Below are positions 5,767 to 11,236 of a stretch of DNA of 11,236 nt, one piece after another. The DNA comes from Phycisphaerae bacterium (GTDB lineage: Bacteria; Planctomycetota; Phycisphaerae; UBA1845), in the NCBI GenBank assembly GCA_029260195.1, contig JAJDDS010000494.1, positions 1 through 11,236 of the forward strand, given 5' to 3'. Positions within the stretch are counted from its first letter, which is position 1. Every line of letters begins with the position of its first letter. The notes under the pieces were generated by a model. That model worked only from the letters and a program-made list of their open reading frames with translations. It made no database searches and was not told the DNA's origin. The translations under genes were made by a program, and so were the position numbers.

Positions 5767-6885
5767 ATGAGCGATTCGTCCATGACATTTGATCGGTACA
5801 AGTCCAAGGGGATCGCCGCCTACAAGAAGGGTGACTACCAGACGGCGAGGGCGTATCTGGTCGACGCGGCTGAGTGCATGGTCGAGATGGCGGAAAAAAC
5901 CGGATCACCCGACACACGACGGCAGCGCGAGGAACTCGCCACCGAACTTATCGAATTAGCAAGGGACTGCGACAATCGCCAGGGATCGCCGCGCACCAAC
6001 CGTCGTCCCCAACGTGAAAAAGAGGATGACGGCGCTGCGGATGCCTCAGACTGGGTCGTCAAGGAGCAATCTAATATCAGCTTCAACGACATCGCCGGGC
6101 TCGAAGACGTGAAGGAGGACATCCGCCTCAAAATGATCTACCCCGCTTCGCATCCGGAGTTGGCAAAACGATACGGCATCAACCTCGGTGGCGGGCTACT
6201 GCTCTACGGACCGCCAGGTACGGGCAAGACCATGATGGCCAAAGCCATCGCCCACGAACTGAACGCGACCTTCTTCGTCATAAGCCCGGCGCAGATTCTC
6301 AGCAAGTGGGTCGGCGAGGCGGAACAGAACGTGCGAAAGCTCTTCGACGCAGCCAAATCCGAACCGCAGGCCATCATCTTCATCGACGAAGTCGAAGCCC
6401 TCGTCCCCAAGCGTCAGGATGGTTCCTCGACTGTGATGCAGCGTGTCGTTCCGCAGATTCTGCAGGAATTGGAAGGCTTTGATCGGAAGAGCGACCGCGC
6501 GTTGCTCTTCGTCGGCGCGACGAACAAGCCCTGGGCGCTCGATGAAGCGATGCTCCGCCCCGGTCGCCTGGACACGAAAGCCTATGTCGGCCTGCCCGAC
6601 GCGCCGGCGCGATACCGCTTGCTGGAGATCTACTTCGGCGATCGGCCCCTGGACGAGGACGTCGATTTTGGAATGCTGTGCGACCGGCTGCAAGGATACA
6701 GTGGCGCCGATATCAAGGGCATCGCCGCCCAGTCGGCTTCGATACCGTTCACCGAAGCCATCAGTGGCCGCGATCCGCGTCCGATCAACATGATCGACAT
6801 CAGCAACGTGATTGACGCGACGCCACCGTCGGTCGGTAAGATATTGTTGGGACGGTTCGAATCATTCGCCGAGACCGGATCGTGA
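5767..6885 (+). CDS. Vps4-like AAA+ ATPase with an N-terminal MIT-like domain (meiotic clade: Vps4/katanin/spastin)
   Basis: The N-terminal ~75 aa (FDRYKSKGIAAYKKGDYQTARAYLVDAAECMVEMAEK...ELIELARDC) has MIT three-helix character. The AAA core has Walker A GPPGTGKT (6208-6231), Walker B IIFIDEVEAL, sensor-1 GATNKP, and the arginine-finger region LDEAMLRPGRLD. The segment IAGLEDVKEDIRLKMIYPASHPELAKRYGINLGGGLLLYGPPGTGKTMMAKAIAHELNATFFVISPAQILSKWVGEAEQNVRKLFDAAK is collinear with Vps4. Confidence 0.85.
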   Translation: MSDSSMTFDRYKSKGIAAYKKGDYQTARAYLVDAAECMVEMAEKTGSPDTRRQREELATELIELARDCDNRQGSPRTNRRPQREKEDDGAADASDWVVKEQSNISFNDIAGLEDVKEDIRLKMIYPASHPELAKRYGINLGGGLLLYGPPGTGKTMMAKAIAHELNATFFVISPAQILSKWVGEAEQNVRKLFDAAKSEPQAIIFIDEVEALVPKRQDGSSTVMQRVVPQILQELEGFDRKSDRALLFVGATNKPWALDEAMLRPGRLDTKAYVGLPDAPARYRLLEIYFGDRPLDEDVDFGMLCDRLQGYSGADIKGIAAQSASIPFTEAISGRDPRPINMIDISNVIDATPPSVGKILLGRFESFAETGS

Positions 6886-6886
6886 T

Positions 6887-6972
6887 GATGTAGCGCCACC
6901 CCATGTGGGTGGCGAGAACAGAGACCGATGTCCGCCCCGAACGGCGCCGCCCACAAGGGGTGGCGCTACATC
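6887..6972. repeat. 27-bp inverted repeat (arms 6888-6914 and 6945-6971, 25/27 complementary) with a 30-nt spacer. Each arm also contains its own 8-bp hairpin (CGCCACCC-catgt-GGGTGGCG).
   Basis: Arm1 is atgtagcgccaccccatgtgggtggcg. The reverse complement of arm2 is atgtagcgccaccccttgtgggcggcg. The repeat begins 2 nt after the Vps4-like stop codon. Confidence 0.6.
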
Positions 6973-6976
6973 GGGT

Positions 6977-7005
6977 GCCATGCCTAAGCGAAGCGCGGGC
7001 ATGGC
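6977..7005. repeat. Second intergenic hairpin (GCCATGCC-13 nt-GGCATGGC) just upstream of the 7026 start
   Basis: Perfect 8-bp inverted repeat read directly. Together with 6887-6972 it makes the 140-bp intergenic region highly structured. Confidence 0.45.
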
Positions 7006-7025
7006 GGATGTAACGAGATAATCTC

Positions 7026-8786
7026 ATGAGCGCCGAACAACCGGATCCCAAGACATTCTTCGAGTCGCCAGATGCGATCGCGATTACCGTCGACGCGGAC
7101 GCCCTGTTCGGTTTCCTCCCACGCGCCCACGAATTGCCCGCCGACCAAGCGGCGCTCGTTACCCGCGCACACGGTGACCGCATCGCTTACGCTCCGGGAT
7201 CGGAGGTCGAGCGCGGAAGCGCTGAAGCCGTGCTCCTGGTTCGCACGACACCGAACACGATTACGTTCGACGCGTTGACCGTCACCTCGCTCGACCGATA
7301 CCAATGTCCCGCGTCAGCCAAGATCCGCGTTTCGGTTGTCCCTGAATCTTCGGAGTTGACTTCGTTTCAAAGGAGCTTACTCGGCGGTCACGGCGCGGTC
7401 GGTCTGGCGGCGCTGCACGACTATATCGAACCCCACGTCATTCGCGCTTTGTCCGCCGTCGCCGACGGCCGCGGAGTCGAGGTGCTGATCGATCCCGCAA
7501 ACGGCGAGGCCTTTTCGACGGAAGTCGCGGACGCGCTCAAGAGGGCTACCTTCGCGGCCGGGCTGCGAATCGACGGATCCATCGACGTCCGATTCGATTC
7601 GCCGGTGTACCGACAGGTCCGCGCGTCGCGTGCCGCAGCCGAACGCCGCGAAGCGGAATTCGACGCCCAGCAACGTATCGCCAAAGCCGTCGAAACAGCC
7701 CAGCGCGAGCGCGCGAAACACCTGGCTGATTTGCTCGAACAGCTATCCCGCAACGCCGATCGCTCGCCGAACCACGACCTGGCCGACCTCCTCGGGACGT
7801 TTCCCGAGACGGAGCGCGGCGAACTGTACGCCGCGCTCTTCGGCGCTGACGACACCCGCGCCGTCACCCGCTGGATCGTCGCCGGCTCTGGGCGCGAACT
7901 GCTCTTCTTCGCGCCCGACCTGCTCGCGACCCCGGCCCGAACCGTTCACATTCCGGACACCATCGGACCCGTGCGATCCGTGCGGTTCCATGCTGACGCC
8001 GACGGCCGATCGCGATTGATCGTCGGCGCCTCTCGAGGCCTGCACGACTTCGCCGTTGACGGTGACGCCCAATTCGCGACCCACACCATCGACTCCGACG
8101 AGGACGTGCGCGGCGGTGTCAATTCAGCCGCCATCGCCGGCGACAACTTGTTTGCCTCACACTCGGAATTGGGCGTGTTGTATTGGAATCGTGGCGACGA
8201 CGCGCCTGCACGCGCGATTCTCGCGGACCGGACGCGCGGTGCCAGCGCCGTGCGCTGCTCCCGCTTTTTCAACGGAAGGGTCTACTTCTCGATCGACGAA
8301 CAGATTCTCTCCGTCCCCGCCGACGCCCCGAACAGTGAGCCCGAGGTTTTCACGGGAAATCACGCCCTCATTACCGCTCTCTGCCCTACGATCGCGGGTC
8401 TCTACGCCGGGAACGCCGACGGGCAGATTCTGCACTGGCCTGAAGGACAATCCGACGAACCCGAACTCCTCCACTCCGGTCGCCAACGCTCGGCCGAATC
8501 GGTTGCGGTGCTCGACTTCGGCGGGCTAAGCCGTCTCTTCTACACCGACACGTCCGTGGCTGTCTTCGCGCGCGTCCTGGGCGACACCTTCACTTGCCGC
8601 TACGAAGCCGCCGGACAAACCCTGCGCCGCGTCGAAGTTGCCCCCGATTTGATCGTTGCGACCAACGAGATTCGCGACCGTCTCATCTTCTGGCGCCCCA
8701 GCCGGCCCGACACGCCGCTCGCCGTGGTGGCGGTTTCACCCCTCACCGGCCACTCCATCCAGGACGTCTGTCTCATCCCCGCATAG
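7026..8786 (+). CDS. hypothetical 586-aa protein: possible SPFH/band-7-like N-terminal domain, coiled coil, and C-terminal beta-propeller-like repeats
   Basis: The long ORF sits on the same strand directly after the Vps4-like gene. Residues ~60-200 (ITFDALTVTSLDRYQCPASAKIRVSVVPE ... GLRIDGSIDVRFDSP) followed by an E/A/R/Q-rich helix (RASRAAAERREAEFDAQQRIAKAVETAQRERAKHLADLLEQ) resemble the SPFH core plus the trailing helix of stomatin/flotillin/HflK. The C-terminal half has repeated Gly/aromatic blade-like segments (GVLYWNRGDD, DGQILHWPEG, DRLIFWRPS). The domain calls are made by eye. Confidence 0.6.
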   Translation: MSAEQPDPKTFFESPDAIAITVDADALFGFLPRAHELPADQAALVTRAHGDRIAYAPGSEVERGSAEAVLLVRTTPNTITFDALTVTSLDRYQCPASAKIRVSVVPESSELTSFQRSLLGGHGAVGLAALHDYIEPHVIRALSAVADGRGVEVLIDPANGEAFSTEVADALKRATFAAGLRIDGSIDVRFDSPVYRQVRASRAAAERREAEFDAQQRIAKAVETAQRERAKHLADLLEQLSRNADRSPNHDLADLLGTFPETERGELYAALFGADDTRAVTRWIVAGSGRELLFFAPDLLATPARTVHIPDTIGPVRSVRFHADADGRSRLIVGASRGLHDFAVDGDAQFATHTIDSDEDVRGGVNSAAIAGDNLFASHSELGVLYWNRGDDAPARAILADRTRGASAVRCSRFFNGRVYFSIDEQILSVPADAPNSEPEVFTGNHALITALCPTIAGLYAGNADGQILHWPEGQSDEPELLHSGRQRSAESVAVLDFGGLSRLFYTDTSVAVFARVLGDTFTCRYEAAGQTLRRVEVAPDLIVATNEIRDRLIFWRPSRPDTPLAVVAVSPLTGHSIQDVCLIPA

Positions 8787-8884
8787 CCCGGTGTGCTGAG
8801 GCGTCATCCTGATCGCAGCGAAGGATCTTGCCGGACCGTCGAGAGATGGCGCTATGCGGGGGGTGGCCTCCGCGGGATGCGCAC

Positions 8885-9958
8885 CTACGGAAGTTCAACG
8901 ACGATGTTCGCGTAGTATGTGTTGTCGAGACGATCGAATCCGGGCTGCGGACTGGAGTTGTATTCGTTGCGCATCCCGACCTTGAGCTTGAATCGATCGT
9001 CTTTGAATGGGATCAACAGGGCTGTGTCCAGATCGAGGCGGTAGTCGTTGAACTCCTCAAAATCTGGACTGTATGTCGTCGAGTGCGTGAACCTCGCCCA
9101 TGGCACGACGTCCAGGCGATAATCCAGCCCGAGGTCAATCACTGCGCTGTCGTTTGTCCGGTCGCCCTGATATGCCTCATGTCGGTAACCGGCGCCGAAC
9201 CGGTTCTTCAGCTCGTGATGCGGTTTCTTGAGCCAGTAGTACGTCCCGCCGCTCGCTGCCGTGGCGCGAAGATCGAGATCCTCGAATTCGTCGAATTCCA
9301 ACTCCATCCGAGCATACCATGACCAGTGATCGTCGATGGTGTATTCGTAGTTCATACCGCCGCGGTACTCGTTGGTTGTTCGGCTGTCGTTTTGCTCGCT
9401 GTACTCCGCCGCGAGATAGAAATGAAGCATATCGACGGCCGTCTTACGCCTGAGATCGAATCGGCCCCGCGCGTCGAGCGTATCCGTGTTGCCCTCTTTG
9501 CGCGATCCCCCGGCCTCAAACGTCGATTTCCACTCCGGCGCATAAGCCCTTTTCGTTTCGGCTGCCTCGGCTTTGACGGCGGCGAGTTCGGGGCTTTCGC
9601 TGCCGGGCGGCCACATCGACTTGATCTGTCCCGCCGACACATCGAGCGCTCCGAGCGCCGTGCGCATCGTCGATGTTCGCTGCTCGTCCCCGGCCGCCAT
9701 CGTCCCGACCAAGCGGTCACCGCTCTCGAACTCAACGGTCAGCGGTTCGTCGAATTCAAATGCGACGATCTGGCTGCTGTCGATCTCGACATGACCGAAT
9801 AGCGCGCTGGCGATCTTGAGCTTGCCACCAGCCATCTGTTCGATCTTGCCAACGAGCTTGCTGCCGTCCGACGTGAATACGGTGTCTCCGAAGCACACCG
9901 TCGGGATACTCGGCAACACAAGAAGGACAACAAGAGCGACCGGTCGCGCCACGTTCAT
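8885..9958 (-). CDS. DUF481-family (YdiY-like) outer-membrane beta-barrel protein with a signal peptide and an N-terminal extension
   Basis: Starting at ATG 9956-9958 gives MNVARPVALVVLLVLPSIPTVCFG (signal peptide). The C-terminal ~230 aa has the alternating Tyr/Asp/Gly-rich beta-strand pattern and the GNTDT...DNTYY motifs typical of DUF481. The longer ORF-track version (to 10033) adds an unlikely Arg-rich leader. Confidence 0.6.
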   Translation of the reverse strand: MNVARPVALVVLLVLPSIPTVCFGDTVFTSDGSKLVGKIEQMAGGKLKIASALFGHVEIDSSQIVAFEFDEPLTVEFESGDRLVGTMAAGDEQRTSTMRTALGALDVSAGQIKSMWPPGSESPELAAVKAEAAETKRAYAPEWKSTFEAGGSRKEGNTDTLDARGRFDLRRKTAVDMLHFYLAAEYSEQNDSRTTNEYRGGMNYEYTIDDHWSWYARMELEFDEFEDLDLRATAASGGTYYWLKKPHHELKNRFGAGYRHEAYQGDRTNDSAVIDLGLDYRLDVVPWARFTHSTTYSPDFEEFNDYRLDLDTALLIPFKDDRFKLKVGMRNEYNSSPQPGFDRLDNTYYANIVVELP

Positions 9959-10029
9959 GATCCGTCCCCTACTTTCCGCATCGAGCGGATTAGCCTCGCC
10001 GCGAGCACCCCTGGATGCGACGACCCGCA

Positions 10030-10251
10030 TCACTGGTCGCCGAAGAACTCATTCACCGCCGTGGTGATGAACTGATCGATTGGTGTCAGGATCGCGCCGC
10101 GCAGCAGACTCGTGATCACTTCGCGGCCGTTGAGCGTCGTCGATGTCGTGATGTCGCCGAACTCGCAGCCCCCGAACTGAAAAAGCATTCCGCCCGCGCA
10201 AAGCAGCCCCACCGCCCGATGGCGGGCCGCAGTCCTGATCCTCGCCGTCAT
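10030..10251 (-). CDS. small hypothetical protein (74 aa) with a hydrophobic, signal-like N-terminus
   Basis: ATG at 10249-10251 overlaps the TGA stop of the upstream gene (10248-10250), i.e. an ATGA overlap. The sequence MTARIRTAARHRAVGLLCAGGMLFQFGGC looks like a signal or lipobox. Upstream of this ATG the ORF-track frame is Arg/Gly junk. Confidence 0.4.
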   Translation of the reverse strand: MTARIRTAARHRAVGLLCAGGMLFQFGGCEFGDITTSTTLNGREVITSLLRGAILTPIDQFITTAVNEFFGDQ

Positions 10252-10889
10252 GTTTTCGCTCCCGTGAGAGTTCGTCTCGAATCCCGGCGCCTCGCGCCAT
10301 GATGTGGGCATCCTAGACGCCTTCCCCGGCCCGTCAACACCGTCAATCCGGAGGCTCGCTCCGTGATCGCTTCTCCGCAGGGTCCATGACGCTTGCGGCG
10401 CCATCGATCCGAGCCCCAAGCGCAAGCGCGGGGTCTCACAGGCGCGAGCACCACCCCAATGAGCCCCACGAACAACACGCACACGCAGAACGCGAAAACG
10501 GACGCACTTGACTCCTGCAACAACTCTATGCGTTGTCGGCGTTCTTCCTCAGGAGAATCCGGCTCTCCTTTACCTTCGATAAACAGATTTCGAGCGACCA
10601 ATAACGGATAGTATCCGGCGGTCATCATCGTAACGACAAGCGCCAGCACGCAACTCTTGAGATAGAAGCTGGAACCATCGTAACGCCAAAACTCAGGGTT
10701 CCAGTACTTGAGACCCTCCACACAGAGAACGCCCCAGGCGTACCAAACTACAAACCAGAGCAATCCCCCTATCCGGGGACGCCCGTTCGCGAGCGCGCGC
10801 AGCAATACTAACGGATACAACATGTACCACCAACGGCTAGCGCGGTCCGCTCTCTGCGCGGGTTCCTTTTCATCCAGCTCGTCTGACAC
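10248..10889 (-). CDS. hypothetical integral membrane protein (about 4 TM helices in the first 150 aa). The Arg-rich C-terminal 60 aa is of doubtful reality.
   Basis: GTG start at 10887-10889 lies 2 nt after the TAG stop of the crotonase-family gene. Hydrophobic segments: WWYMLYPLVLLRALA, LLWFVVWYAWGVLCV, CVLALVVTMMTAGYYPLLVA, VFAFCVCVLFVGLIGVVLAPV. Confidence 0.5.
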   Translation of the reverse strand: MSDELDEKEPAQRADRASRWWYMLYPLVLLRALANGRPRIGGLLWFVVWYAWGVLCVEGLKYWNPEFWRYDGSSFYLKSCVLALVVTMMTAGYYPLLVARNLFIEGKGEPDSPEEERRQRIELLQESSASVFAFCVCVLFVGLIGVVLAPVRPRACAWGSDRWRRKRHGPCGEAITERASGLTVLTGRGRRLGCPHHGARRRDSRRTLTGAKT

Positions 10890-10891
10890 GA

Positions 10892-11236
10892 CTACTCGCC
10901 GCCGCGCTTCCGCACGCCCTCGTAATCGATCGGCCGCTTTTCGACAAACGCCCGCGTACCCTCATGCACCTCCCCCGCACGATTGTGAATACTCAGCCAC
11001 TCCCGAGCGTGCCCGATCGTCTGATGCCAAGACACCTCACGCCAGTAGTTGAGCTGCTGCTTCGTGTACCGCATGCACTCCGGCAGCTTGTCGATCAGCT
11101 TCCCACACATCTCATCCACCGTCGCATCCAGCTCCGCACGCGGAACAACCCTGTTCACCAACCCCCACTCCAGCGCCTTCGCAGCCGGAATCTCATCGCA
11201 CAGCATCAGAATCTCCCGCGCCCGCCGATCCCCCAC
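10892..11236 (-). CDS. enoyl-CoA hydratase/isomerase (crotonase) family protein, C-terminal part (MenB/naphthoate-synthase-like). The N-terminus lies beyond the window end.
   Basis: AREILMLCDEIPAAKALEWGLVNRVVPRAELDATVDEMCGKLIDKLPECMRYTKQQLN...HEGTRAFVEKRPIDY matches the C-terminal helices and trimerisation region of crotonase/MenB. Compare MenB ...[33 protein letters not shown]...QEGRNAFNQKRQPDF. The frame is open to the window edge. Confidence 0.8.
   Translation of the reverse strand: MGDRRAREILMLCDEIPAAKALEWGLVNRVVPRAELDATVDEMCGKLIDKLPECMRYTKQQLNYWREVSWHQTIGHAREWLSIHNRAGEVHEGTRAFVEKRPIDYEGVRKRGGE

Noticed and set aside
4235-5770. 511-aa ORF in an alternative + frame overlapping the DUF2723 gene
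   Set aside because: Arg/Gly/Ala-rich, low-complexity translation typical of off-frame reading in high-GC DNA. The overlapping frame (4134..5741) gives a coherent polytopic membrane protein with a recognisable family signature.
6196-6693. 165-aa minus-strand ORF antisense to the Vps4-like AAA domain
   Set aside because: It lies opposite a strongly conserved AAA cassette (Walker A/B in frame on +), so it is a typical shadow ORF.
7377-8529. Multiple ORFs on both strands inside the 586-aa gene (7377..7721 -, 7421..7867 -, 7630..8019 +, 7743..8084 -, 7946..8272 -, 8056..8529 +, 8157..8486 -)
   Set aside because: Pro/Ser/Arg/Thr-rich low-complexity translations characteristic of high-GC off-frames. 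The single long frame 7026..8786 is uninterrupted and has structured-domain-like composition.
8828-9802. Plus-strand ORFs 8828..9322 and 9326..9802 opposite the DUF481 gene
   Set aside because: Shadow ORFs. The minus-strand product has a signal peptide and an OMP beta-strand pattern.
10030-10482. 150-aa minus-strand ORF as one protein
   Set aside because: The first 77 codons are Arg/Gly-rich and overlap the upstream gene. Only the distal 74 codons, starting at the ATGA overlap, look protein-like, so the feature was trimmed to 10030..10251.
1-11236. CRISPR arrays, tRNA or rRNA genes, transposase or integrase genes
   Set aside because: No regularly spaced direct repeats, no cloverleaf-compatible segments and no rRNA-like conserved stretches were seen. 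The only repeats are the short hairpin and inverted-repeat elements reported above.

Overview
High-GC (roughly 65%) bacterial window; the DUF481-type outer-membrane beta-barrel gene points to a Gram-negative organism. On the + strand, 1..8786 holds what looks like a bacterial ESCRT-III/Vps4-like membrane-remodelling gene cluster. It has three paralogous Snf7/ESCRT-III-like coiled-coil proteins, each with a basic N-terminal half and an acidic C-terminal tail. The second and third flank a small PspC-domain membrane protein, whose start overlaps the second gene's stop (ATGA). Then come a DUF2723 (TMEM260-like, GT-C glycosyltransferase-like) polytopic membrane protein, a Vps4-like MIT-domain AAA+ ATPase, and a 586-aa protein with a possible SPFH/band-7-like N-terminus, a coiled coil and a beta-propeller-like C-terminus. 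A ~1.8 kb insert of apparently foreign origin splits the cluster: a conspicuously low-GC wHTH-HNH endonuclease gene, a small ORF and a minimal nucleotidyltransferase (AbiEii-like), punctuated by two copies of a GC-rich hairpin repeat. The Vps4-like/SPFH-like intergenic region is densely structured, with a ~27-bp inverted repeat and nested hairpins. The - strand at the 3' end carries a DUF481 OMP, two small membrane or secreted proteins with overlapping stop/start, and the C-terminus of a crotonase-family (MenB-like) enzyme that runs off the window. No rRNA, tRNA or CRISPR signals were seen.
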